The notes under the pieces are model-generated. The model did no database searches. It was given only the letters and a program-made list of their open reading frames with translations, and was not told the DNA's origin. Shown here piece by piece: positions 1 through 12,399 of a stretch of 64,000 nucleotides of DNA. Each line of letters starts with the position of its first letter. Position 1 is the stretch's first letter. The DNA is from Octopus vulgaris (Eukaryota): contig OX597829.1 of assembly GCA_951406725.2 (NCBI GenBank), positions 20,832,001-20,896,000 on the forward strand. Direction: 5' to 3'. The position numbers were made by a program, and so were the translations under genes.

Positions 1-1660
1 CGTTACCTGATCTAACAGCTTGATACCTCTAATTACTTGTATGTAGGGCGTCACCTTTACCTTTGTAGCAGTTGACTATTATGCTACTACACCAGTCACT
101 AGGTATGACTCCTTCGTGTATCACCTGGTTAACTATACGAGTGACTAGGCTATAGCCGTCACTGCCAGATATTTTGAGCATCTCTGCAGTAATTCTTGGG
201 CCTGGGGCTTTCCCTGTCTTCATGCTTCTAATTGCCTTAACTACCAAGGAACTGTCAACTTGGATAGCTGGTTCCTCTGTTGGGTCGACATTCGGCAGAC
301 TCTCTTTATGCCACTCATTTTCTTTATTCAGCAACCTTGCATAGTGGCATCTCCAAACCTCTCTCTTTGCATCCTCATTTAGTGCAAGTGAACCATCATC
401 CATGCGAACACATTTCTCTCCTACCACATCACGATTCTCTCTCACACACTGTCTTGCAGCACGAAATACTTCAAATCTTTGGTCCTAACGTCGCAGAACA
501 TTGGCAAATTTTTTCTTATCTGCTTCCCCTCTGGCTAAATAAACCTGTCTCCTAGCTTCTCTTTTCGCAGTCTGATATAAAACCCTGCTACCGCCATTCT
601 TCCAGTCCTTCCAAGCCTGTCTCTTGTCTCTAATAGCCCTATCTACGAACACAGGTACACCACGTTACCCTGGGACGAGATGGGACTTTGCTCCATCCAC
701 AGATCTGGTCAGTGGCTCTCAGCAGATTGTCCCGCAGAAACCTCCAGCTGTCTTCCACATTATGTGAAGCTATATCCCCTTCTATTTCGTCGAATGCTTC
801 GAGTAGGACGTCTCTAAATCTCCGTCCATTTGCAAGATCTTTAAGTTTCCAGACCCTTCTCCTCCGAGCTGGTCTTCTTCTGGGCAGCCATTTGGCCCTG
901 ATCCTGAAATCGCTAACTACTAATCTATATTGAAGAGTACATTCTTCGCCTGGGAAGGTTTTGGCATTTATAAGCAGCCTTCTTTCCCTCTTTCTGGCGA
1001 GGATGTAGTCGATCTGGCTAGAGTGTCTGCCAGAACGGTATGTGACTAGGTGAGAGGTGGGTTTCCTGAAGTTGGTATTGCAAATCATAAGGTCATTTGC
1101 ATCGCAGAACTCCAGCAGCCTGGTTCCCTCCTCATTGCGAGAACCAAAACCGTAGTCTCCATGTATGCCGTGGAAGCCCCCGACATGCCGTCCAACATGC
1201 CCAATGAAGTCACTTGCCACAAAGAGAAGGTCTCTGTCATTTGTCAACGAGGTAGTCTGTAATAGGGTGTCATAGAATCGGTCTTTCTGTCCTTCAAGTA
1301 GCCCCGGTTGAGGAGCAGATGTCAAGATAATGGTAGCTAACCTATGATGAAGCACTAATCTAATCTTAAGTATTCTGTCACATACTCTGACTACCTCGAT
1401 TACCTTATCAACCCATTTCTCTGCAAGGAGTATACCCACGCCCCCTACCCAGTCAGTATTCCCTGCCCAGAAAATCTTGTACCTGTGTTCTTTGCCGGTG
1501 AGGTGCCTAGCGGAACCTCCTCTCCACCTTCTTGGATGCAGCACAAATTCAAACGTCTCCGTTCAAGCAGCTCGATAATCTCACCAGACCTACCTTTCAA
1601 TGTGCGAACTCTGAGGGTGTGGGAGGTGTGGGCCTGCGAGACCCTGGGATGAGGGACAGC
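1..1660 (-). mobile_element. RTE-clade LINE fragment (APE endonuclease plus start of RT), frameshifted, continues beyond window start
   Basis: ORF 639..1544 has GVGILL, xDFxGHVG, NTNFRK and SQIDYIL APE motifs. ORF 29..445 has KAPGP..ITAEMLK and YKGKGD RT N-terminal motifs. Confidence 0.9.
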
Positions 1661-1807
1661 AATTGGCAGATTTCATAAAGAAACATTAGAAACACCAGAC
1701 TATAACCTGCATACACTACACGGTTTTTTTGCGCTATATGATCGAATAAGTCCTACAATAGGGTTGTGGGTGAGTGTCCGCGGGAGGGGATGCACAAGTA
1801 AGACTGA

Positions 1808-1965
1808 GGTACTAACTTCCGGTTTTGGTGGAGGGGATCGGAGGGAGGTACTAACTTCCGGTTTTGGTGGAGGGGATCGGAGGGAGGTACTAACTTCCGG
1901 TTTTGGTGGAGGGAGGTATGACCGGTTTTTGTAGAGAGGTACTGACTTCCAGTTTTGGTGGAGGG
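1808..1965. repeat. 39-bp tandem repeat (GGTACTAACTTCCGGTTTTGGTGGAGGGGATCGGAGGGA), about 4 copies, degenerating at the right
   Basis: Directly visible; appears as a 13-aa repeat in ORF 1753..1998. Confidence 0.9.
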
Positions 1966-2928
1966 GCGAAACATCAAATGTCGAAAAGCGTGTGCCAAGA
2001 GCTGAAAGCCGAAATTTTTAAGGGAATTTGGGAGAAAAGGACAACCCTGAAATAAAGGAGGAATATAGAAAATGCATCGTCTAAGACAAATAGAAAACTA
2101 GCGGCATCCTGTTTACAAGACAGAGAGATAAATAATAGAGAGGGACAAGATAGAGAGATTGTAGTGATCCTATAACGGTGCGCGCGCGCACCGTCCATTT
2201 CTGTTTCGCGCGTGCGAATCGGTGCTTTCACCACAGGAAGGGCCCTCTCACGCATGCGCGAACCACCGGAAGAACCCTTTTGCCTACGTGGCAGTTAGCG
2301 AGGCAAGGGGGTCGTAGAACGTTTGACCACTAGCAGCAGTCAGCGGCGACTTGAGACAGCAGCGACCGAGGGAGTAGGACGTGAAATATTTTCTCTCTGT
2401 CCGAACTTGATTCTAGCAGCAGTTTTACCAAAAGGCCTTTAACCAAATTGTTGCAGACCACATCTTTGACCAGTGTCGTTTTGCATTTGAACACTTTCTT
2501 ATTTTACAGCGATAAGGTTCAGCACTGACACATTTATACCAAAGGGATACCAGATAACCACTTATTGTTACTGTTACCACATTAGAGAATAAAGTAGTAT
2601 ATATATCTTTTACGTCTGCGTCTTGTTGTTTCTGACTGGTAGAATTCTGGATTATTAAAGCAACGAATAGTGATTGCCTCTCGCACCCCCTAAAAGTGCA
2701 AGAGAAGATATTCACACACTCACTAAGTTCTTTACAAGTGTGTATAGAAATGAGAGTATGAGTGTGTACTTGTATGTGTCTATATATGCAGAGGTGTGAA
2801 CCGACAGGATGAATGATGCATGCCCATATATATATATGTATATGTGTGTACGTGCGTGTATGTGTATGTGTGTGTGTGTATACATGTAGGTGTTTGAGTG
2901 CATATGTATGTGTGTATATATATATATA

Positions 2929-3384
2929 TATAAAACCGAGCATTTCACAAAAACTCACTAGAACCACCCAGCGAACTTCCACCATGGGTCATCACAATTG
3001 CTTAAGGTAAAAATGAATTCCTCGCTCTTTCGGAAACATCAATCTTCTGTATTGACCACTTTCCACCACTTTGATCTGTTTTTTGTATTGAATACGTATC
3101 GCCACCGTGGGCCACTGCATCGAACACTTTGAACATATACTTCAAACTATATATCAACTATACATGAACTATATATCAACTATACATGAAATCTAAGATG
3201 TCTGACTCCGTTGTGTATTATAAATGAATTTCTTGTGTTTGACGGCATGAGCTGTCTTTTTTTATATATAACTTTTTTTGATAAGGTTTATTTCAGGAAC
3301 TGAAACATGTTATAATGTATATATAAAAATTAAAAATTGTATAATACAGCAGCATTTTCGAACTTCATTTTTTACAAATATATA
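2929..3384 (+). repeat. 5' pseudo-LTR of Penelope-like element
   Basis: Same sequence as 7716-8171 (offset 4787). Confidence 0.95.
3278..3311 (+). ncRNA. Hammerhead-ribozyme-like motif in pLTR (second copy 8065-8098), U3-A8 core variant
   Basis: TTGATAA, stem II GGTTY/GAACT, GAAA, palindromic CATG, TT. Stem I is weak. Confidence 0.5.
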
Positions 3385-3443
3385 CCTACTCGTATACGAG
3401 CTAATCCTATTATAAATATCATATCACGTACGAGCTCCCGAAA

Positions 3444-4825
3444 ATGCCTGCTAAAAAAGACACCAACGACATCTCCTCAATAAATGAAGAGATACTGAAA
3501 GAATTGAAAAGCATAAATTCAAACCTAACAGCAGTGTTAAACAAACTCAACTTAACGCCTCGACCTTCTACACAAACTAACGAGGAAACCGAATCGAATA
3601 AAACACCCTCCGAAATATTCGAGAAAGTTGAAAATCTATGCGATACAATGACGACATTCTTCACAAACTTTACGAAACAAGAGCAACAAAAAGAAGGAAC
3701 ACATGAGAAGAACCGAGCAACTTCAACATTACAAATAAAGAACCAAGTCCTCCCCCAATGGAGAACACTACAGCGAAACAGAAAATTCGCTTTTTGGAAA
3801 ATGATACAAAATCAGAATAAAGCAGAGATTTACCAAAAATGGCTAGACTCAACACCCCTAGTCATACCCCGTAAATTACAAATCAAGCCCATCTCGGAAG
3901 AACCAGAAGAACAAAGAAAACTTAGAGAAAAAATGTCATTAGAAAAAATGAAGATAGAAATAGAACTACTTAAGCTGAGAGCTAAAACGAATGAAGAAAA
4001 AGTAAAAACCATAGACGAGGAAATCAACGAAGAAGTCATCAAACTAATAGACGACAACAATACTGAAACATTACCAGCACTATGGAATGAAGAATGTGAA
4101 AAAGAGGAACTTAAGTCCCTCCAACGATGGGAAAAGAGCGCCGTCTGGTTTCTAGATTATGAAACCAACTTCAAAAATGAACACATATCCAACAACCCCT
4201 TCATAAAATTAAGCAAATCAAAACCAAATACCAATAGAACGGAACAACCACCAAGAAATCCTACCACACTCTACACCAGAAAAGTACACCTAAAACACAC
4301 CCCACACTACCTACACCAACCCCAAAACACCTACAGAGGCCCACCACACCAGTTCGAAAATAGACATACCAACAGAGCAAAACAACCACCAAGAAATCCA
4401 AACACACTCTACACCAGAAAAATGCATTTAAAACGCACCCCACACTACCTACACCAACCCCAAAACACCATTCCACGAACCTAAGAGCCACAACATACAA
4501 TACTATAAAATACAACCCACATAACCAAACCAAAACGCTACTACCAAACATCCACCCCAGGAACCAACCATACAACCATAACAAACAACAAATGCACTAC
4601 GGAGGAAACAACTACCAACACAATATACCTGAGGAACTAAGACGTAACACTAGGTTCAACAACAGACTCCAGAACAGAGCACCACAAACTCACTCTGACA
4701 ATTATAACAACATGAGACAGATAAATAATAGCTTTGAACATAACTACACCAACCATTTTTTAGACCCCACACACAGGAACAAGGACACACGATGGCAAAG
4801 GACAAACAAAAGAAACCTCAGGTAA
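3444..4825 (+). CDS. Penelope ORF1-like protein (coiled-coil N-half, P/H/N/Q/T-rich C-half); 3444-4484 plus a -1-frame continuation to 4825
   Basis: 346-aa ORF with heptad-like E/K/L segments. The -1 frame is open from before 4442 to 4825 with similar composition. Internal 138-bp-period duplication at 4230-4469. Confidence 0.65.
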
Positions 4826-7089
4826 TTAAGATAATCAATCTCTCAAACAAAGAACTTACACCTAACGAAATAAGCATACTCTCCAAAGGACTTAAATTTA
4901 CACCCACCCCACAACGTTCTAATTATTATGAAATGAAAGATGATATTTCGGAATTTTGCAGAAAACTAAGACTCACCGAGGCATTTCAAGACAAACAAAT
5001 AGAGGAGGACTCAATAGCTAGAAACAAGAGCAATTACACCCCCACCAAAGGTAAGAATAAAGCCTTAGACCGCTATTGTGACTACATAACTAATTTCCCG
5101 TTTCAATTCATCAAGAAACAAAAACACAGCCCTAACTTCAACAAAAGAGAATGGAACGACCTCATCAAACTAAGAGAAGACAAAACAATAACAATTAAGG
5201 AGGCAGATAAGGGCAACGCGATAGTAATAATGAATACAAACAATTATAAAAATTTAGTGCTATCCCTATTAAGAGATGAAACGTATTATGAAAGGGCCCA
5301 ACAGTATAACCAGCAAAAAATAATGCATAACCTTAGGACATTAATCAACACATACCAAGAAGGACTCACGAACAAGGAGTATGAATACATCACTAACTTC
5401 AAATGCAAATCGAGTTTGTTCTATGGTATCCCTAAGGTACACAAAAGCCAAACCATTAGAGAAACGTGCAAAACATCCACCGACACACTCATCAAAATCC
5501 CTTCACCAAATGATCTTAAACTAAGACCGATAATAGCAGGGCCAGCATGTGAAACTCACCGCCTCAGCAATTTCTTAGACACACTTCTTAAACCTTTCCT
5601 AAAACACATCAAAAGCTACGTAAGAGACGATATAGATATGCTCAACCACCTCCCTAAAACAGTCAATGAGAAAACCCTTCTAGTATCATTCGACGTTGTT
5701 AATCTTTATTCTAACATCCCTCACAACCTAGGAATAGAAGCGATCACCTTCTGGCTGAATAACTACCCCTTTGAACTCCCAACTCGCATAAACAAAGACC
5801 TTATAATAGAAGGACTTAGATTCATTTTAGAGAACAATTATTTTATTTTTGACAATGATTTCTACAGGCAAAGATCGGGAACAGCGATGGGCACGCGTAC
5901 TGCACCATCTTTTGCCAACCTAGTGATGGGATACCTCGAGAAAATACTATACCGGATGACACTCAAGAAATATGGAAACACCTTCGCCACCTATATCCAT
6001 AACAACTGGAAAAGATACCTCGATGACTGTTTCATCATCTGGGACAAAGGCATAGAGAAACTTGAGGAATTTAAAATTCTATTAAATGGAATAAATGACA
6101 ATATACAATTCACGATGGACCACAACGAAAAAGAATTACCATTTTTAGACATCCTCATTAAGAAAACCGGCAACAAAATAGAGACAGATATCTACTATAA
6201 ACCGACAGACTCTAAACAGTACCTACCCTTTGATTCATGCCACCCACGACACACTAGAATGAATGTCCCTTTTTGTTTAGCTAGAAGGATTTGCACCATA
6301 ATATCAGACACAAACACCCGACACACACGTCTCCAGGAACTTAGAACCACACTCACAAATAGAAACTATCCACAGCCCCTAATAGACAGTGCAATCCAAC
6401 GGGTACTTAAATTAAGTATAGAAGACCTGAGACAAACAAAACCAAAAAAGAAAGAACAATTAAAAACCCTTCCCTACATCTCTACACACAACCCACTCAA
6501 CAATGAGGCCTTCAACACCATACTACAAAGCACAGCCCTACTAAAGGGAGACCCAAAGATGAACCGGATCCTCGAAACACACACCATCATTAAAAGTAAA
6601 CGGCAACCAAAATCCTTGAAAAGGATTTTAACCCAAGCTACACTGCACTCAACATCAACCACAAAACCAGCAGTTAGAAAATGTGGAAGGCCCAACTGCG
6701 GAATCTGTGTCATCTTGAAAGAAGGATCAGAATTTATACTGGAACAAGGCCACCAGTTCACCATTAGAACAAACTTCACCTGCGCATCAGAAAACTTAAT
6801 TTACGTCATAACATGCGCAGGCTGCAATAGGCAGTATATAGGCCATACAAAAAATAGCTTACGTAACAGGATGGCGGTGCATAAATCACAAATTAGAAAC
6901 CCTGATTACCGCAAAATACCGGTCAGCGGACACATAGATAGATGTGCTGGAAATGTAAATCCGAAATTTACAACTAACTCGCTCTATAAATTCAGTGACA
7001 ACGCAACCTTCACACAATGCCAAAACAAAGAACTATATTTCATAAAAAAATTTAGACCAAGTTTAAACACCCTGGGCCAGGAATACTAA
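4792..7089 (+). CDS. Penelope-like reverse transcriptase + GIY-YIG endonuclease (765 aa, intact)
   Basis: Motifs KGLKF.P, ADKG, YGIPKVHK, LRPII, SFDVVNLY, GTAMG, RYLDD, LPFLD, CxxxxCxxC linker, NLIYVITC..C...YIG.T and C-terminal PSLN. Confidence 0.96.
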   Translation: MAKDKQKKPQVIKIINLSNKELTPNEISILSKGLKFTPTPQRSNYYEMKDDISEFCRKLRLTEAFQDKQIEEDSIARNKSNYTPTKGKNKALDRYCDYITNFPFQFIKKQKHSPNFNKREWNDLIKLREDKTITIKEADKGNAIVIMNTNNYKNLVLSLLRDETYYERAQQYNQQKIMHNLRTLINTYQEGLTNKEYEYITNFKCKSSLFYGIPKVHKSQTIRETCKTSTDTLIKIPSPNDLKLRPIIAGPACETHRLSNFLDTLLKPFLKHIKSYVRDDIDMLNHLPKTVNEKTLLVSFDVVNLYSNIPHNLGIEAITFWLNNYPFELPTRINKDLIIEGLRFILENNYFIFDNDFYRQRSGTAMGTRTAPSFANLVMGYLEKILYRMTLKKYGNTFATYIHNNWKRYLDDCFIIWDKGIEKLEEFKILLNGINDNIQFTMDHNEKELPFLDILIKKTGNKIETDIYYKPTDSKQYLPFDSCHPRHTRMNVPFCLARRICTIISDTNTRHTRLQELRTTLTNRNYPQPLIDSAIQRVLKLSIEDLRQTKPKKKEQLKTLPYISTHNPLNNEAFNTILQSTALLKGDPKMNRILETHTIIKSKRQPKSLKRILTQATLHSTSTTKPAVRKCGRPNCGICVILKEGSEFILEQGHQFTIRTNFTCASENLIYVITCAGCNRQYIGHTKNSLRNRMAVHKSQIRNPDYRKIPVSGHIDRCAGNVNPKFTTNSLYKFSDNATFTQCQNKELYFIKKFRPSLNTLGQEY

Positions 7090-7257
7090 AACAAAAGATA
7101 AGTCCTCCGAAAGGGAGAATCGGGGTTCCACCACGGCCGCTGCTTCAAACAGACACTCACTCTGACGGAAATATGCCTTAGTAAAAAAGGAAAAAAATTC
7201 TTTCGTGCAAATCTGACCCTGATACATACGATACAGCTACGGGTCAGACCCGATTCT

Positions 7258-7715
7258 GATTGGTCAACAAGTTGATGACGTCTAGCTCTGCTAGAATGGA
7301 CAGGATACAAACAGGGGACAGTCATTAGTCAGAATATTGATGACGTCCTTTTCTGCTTGAATAGTCACCTAACAAGTACAGACAGGGAGCAGATCTAATG
7401 TAGCTATAAGTCGTGATTGGGCAGAATCTGGATGACGTCCCGCTCTGCTTGACTAACGAAGCGACTGGTCAAAACAGGAGACAAACAAGAGGCAGATATA
7501 ATGCAGCGATTGGTCAAAATAATGATGACGTCCCGTTCTACTTGACTAACGAAGCGACTGGTCAAAACAGGAAACAAACAAGAGGGAGTTATAATGCAGC
7601 GATTGGTCAAAATAATGATGACGTCCCGTTCTACTTGATTAAAGCCACCTAACGAAACGATTGGTCAAAACATTGATGACGTCACGCTACGCTAGATTGA
7701 CCACCTAACAGGCAT

Positions 7716-7722
<7 letters not shown>
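7258..7722 (+). promoter_or_regulatory. Array of about 6 ATTGG(CCAAT)+TGACGTC(CRE) units (93-bp period in the middle) ending in TATAAAA
   Basis: Units start near 7258, 7323, 7415, 7508, 7601 and 7659; TATAAAA at 7716. Function is inferred. Confidence 0.6.
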
Positions 7723-8280
<558 letters not shown>

Positions 8281-8319
8281 ATGCAAATATGGATATATAT
8301 GTGCGTCTGTGTGTATTTT

Positions 8320-9065
<746 letters not shown>

Positions 9066-9199
9066 GTGTATACACACACACAAACTATGGAGGTTTATTT
9101 CATAGGTGATCTAAACGACTAGGTACACTGGGTAAGAGCTGTATCGGATTACCAGGACTCCAAGCTCATATTGGAGACGGGAATTATGGAACATTGCAG

Positions 9200-11270
9200 A
9201 TTTCCAATATAGTGGATATATGTTTGTTAAAGAGGACAACAAACGCTAAGGCAAGATAGACATCTCAGGCCATATATGTTATTATTCCAATTCTATATTT
9301 AAGAGCGCTACCCTTTACACACTACTCTTAACGCTACTCTCAACATGCTACTCCAGGGAACTAGTAAACAGGAGAATAACGGATTGATTGCATCGTACAA
9401 CATTGCATTGCTTGTTGCTAAGTCTGGGAAGTTTCAAACAATTGGAGAAGCATTACTCCATCCAGTTATCGAAGAGGCTTTGTCAACCATTACACACAAA
9501 AAACCTGATAACACTATGAAGAAGATCCTGCTTAGTAATAACACAATTTCTTGATGCATTGATAAAATGGCCAACGATGTCAAACATCAGCTCATTAATA
9601 TTCTCCAGCGTTCTGAATTTTCTATACAAGTGACTGAGTCAATGTTTGGTGGACAATCAATGTTTGAGGATGGTATATGTTCGGTATTTCAGCGATTACT
9701 TTCAACCTTGTGGGGAAATACTGTTCACAGAAAAATTGCCACTTGATTCAAGAGGTGCAACTATTTTTCACACTCTTAAGTCTTTCCGTTTTGAACATAA
9801 TATCCCACTCAGTAATATTCTTGTCTGTGCGTCTGATGGAGCCCCTTCGATGATAGGAAGATAAAGAGGATTTTCATCTCTCCTAAAGCGTGAAATTTCC
9901 CACCAGATACTAATTTGTTCATTGCTTGGCACACTGGCAGCATTTAGAGGGGGAAAAAAATAATAACGGTAGGTTGAATGATACGCTACAGTTAGTTATC
10001 AAGACTATGAACAAATTGAAGTCCAGTCTCTTGTCTGGTTGAATTTTCCGTCAACTCTGAGAAATGATGAGGACCATACTAAACTCTTATACCATACCAA
10101 AGTGCGGTGGCTGTCAAAAGGAAACTGTGTTTTACGCTTTGTTGAACTGTTTCAAATAACCATATCTTTCTATGAAGATACTCCACTATCCGCTTCGTTG
10201 ATGACTGCAAGCTGCGATATCTCTTTTTTTCTTTGTGATATATTCACGAAATTAAATGATTTGAATAAGTTATTACAAGGAAACGGAAAAACTCCTGTTG
10301 ATTGTAAATCATTTATCACTACTTTCATTTTGAAATTGGCATTGTATAAGACTAACATTACAAAACGTCAATTCCCTCAATTTCCACAACTTGATTCTTT
10401 GAAAGATGAATTGGTTGATGAGGATTTAACTACACATCGCAGCTATTTACAATCATTGCGCAATAACATGGTGGAGCGATTTCAAAATGTTATTGCACTG
10501 AATATTCCAAATTGGCAAAGCAATCCGTTTGAGGTCGATGCAGTCGATTGTGTGGATGATGTTCAGGAGGAATTGAAAGAATTACAAAATGAAAATGACG
10601 CCATAATGCAATATCACTGTAATGGCAAAGAAGGTTTGTGGTACAATCAGAGTATATTGAATTCCTACCCCAGTTTATTGAAACATCTGAAATTACTTTT
10701 GCTTGCCTTCCCTACCTCATACCTGGTTGAATTTGGTTTTAGCCATGTTGGAGCTTTACATTCCAATAAAAGAATCATACTGGATGTGACACAACGAGGA
10801 GACATGCAGCTAAAGTTGACAAATTTGAAACCGAATGTGTCTGCACTAGCTGCATCACGCCAGATATATGGTTCTCGTTAAAAAGTTCTATTCTTTTCCT
10901 TTTTGATAGATCATTAATTATTTTTGCATCGGTTGTTCTAATCAATGGTTCATTTAGAGAGTAAAAGAAAGCGCAGGTTTACAGAAGTTAATCTGTCTGC
11001 ATAATATAGAGTTAACGTTAGAATTTTATTGATACCAATGGCAAAAATAAACCCACAATAACGGATTTGAAAACAACCGCATATTTAGTATAAACAGCTC
11101 TAACCGGGCAATGAGTCTACAATATAGTGTGTGTATCAAATAATACAGGGGTTGGGGGATGGCTAGGGGATTTTGTATCAGGGTTTTTTTATACAGGTGG
11201 GCGATGGAGCATTTTTTGGCCGATAGGTGGGCAATATTGCAATTTGGCGCAAAAAGTTTGGGAAACACTG
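9200..11270 (+). mobile_element. hAT (Buster/Charlie-like) transposon, disrupted transposase; right TIR present
   Basis: ORFs 9345, 9646 and 10039 carry SYNIALLVAKSGK..TIGE, SDGAPSMIG, LLYHTKVRWLSKG and FPTSYLVEFGFS. End reads AGTTTGGGAAACACTG. Confidence 0.9.
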
Positions 11271-11910
11271 CTCTGATGTATGAATATCTTTGGTGTTGTA
11301 AGCTTCTTGATGCTTATCATTATCAAATTGTCCTTGAAATTTCGACACTCTCTCCAGTTCACTTTTGCACCATAAATGCAGGAAGTAGAATCCATTCCAT
11401 CAGTGAGGCCCTTCAAAAGTTTCTGTGAATTTTTTCCCGTCGTGTGCAGGGATTATCCCAAATTTAAGGTGTAATAGCGAACTGGAGAGAGTGTCAAAAT
11501 TTCAAGGACAATTTGATGATGATAAGCATCAAGAAGCTTACAGCACCAAACATATTCATACATCAGAGTTATCAGCATTGACTTCCGCAACGGTATATGT
11601 GCTATTGCCACTTCTGCTATCATTCTCTTACTGACCATTGATATGACCGCGCTTCTCTCTGGATATTTACACTATGAGGACTCTAACCATACATGGATTT
11701 ACATAGGATTGTACCTAAAGACTTATGGACTAACATCTACACTATCGGAAAGTTGAACTGTGAACTTTTATGTTTCTTTTCTTCTTCATTTCTTTATTTC
11801 TCCAGTTCTTTATTTAATCTATACCCTTCACATTTTCCCTGTTTATCTCCAATGACGGGATATCCCATATTTTGAGATAACCCTGAAACAGCTGCAAGGC
11901 CCTAAATTTT
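11271..11910 (+). mobile_element. Penelope-like relic with 90-bp inverted repeat (11271-11360 / 11479-11568) and degenerate hammerhead near 11849-11900
   Basis: Inverted arms seen directly; CCAATGA-CGGG...CCCT-GAAACAGCTG motif. Confidence 0.5.
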
Positions 11911-12399
11911 TTAATAATAATAATGTATATGACTTGAGATGTTAGTCTTGCCTTAGCGTTTGTTGTCCTCTAGAACAGTTTCGAGTGTAACCAACCGAAA
12001 CTGCAACAACAATCTGGAACTCGATTGAGTATAGGAAGCTCCGAATGACCCGTCCTTGTTTTTTCCTGTCCTTTTTTGTATTGTCTAATTGTCTGGGTGT
12101 TTTGTTGTCACCTGTTACGTTCTTGTTCCATTTTTTGGTTTCATTATATATATATATATATATATATATTATCTGTTTCAGATAATATGCTGTAACCATG
12201 TTGGGGCACCATCTTGAAGAAGGAGTTGACCACAGTGCTTAACTTTTTTTAAAACTTGGTTCTTATTCTATCAATCTCTTTTTGCTAATTCATTTAGTTA
12301 CAGGAATGTAAACACACTAACACCGGTCACCAAGTGGTGATAGGGGACAAACACAAGCACAAAGACAACGACATATAGGTATATATCAAGGGTTACACT

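Noticed and set aside
1808-1965. CRISPR-like short repeat array
   Set aside because: Head-to-tail tandem repeats without unique spacers, no cas genes, eukaryotic context.
1714-2166. CACTA transposon (CACTACA…TGTAGTG)
   Set aside because: Only 7 bp of terminal complementarity and no TSD; insufficient.
7413-7652. 79-aa repetitive ORF as a third Penelope protein
   Set aside because: It arises from the 93-bp (multiple of 3) tandem repeat and has no ATG start; better explained as a regulatory array.
10039-10881. Domesticated ZBED/SCAND-like host gene
   Set aside because: Upstream parts are broken by stops and frameshifts and a TIR is retained; a decayed hAT copy.
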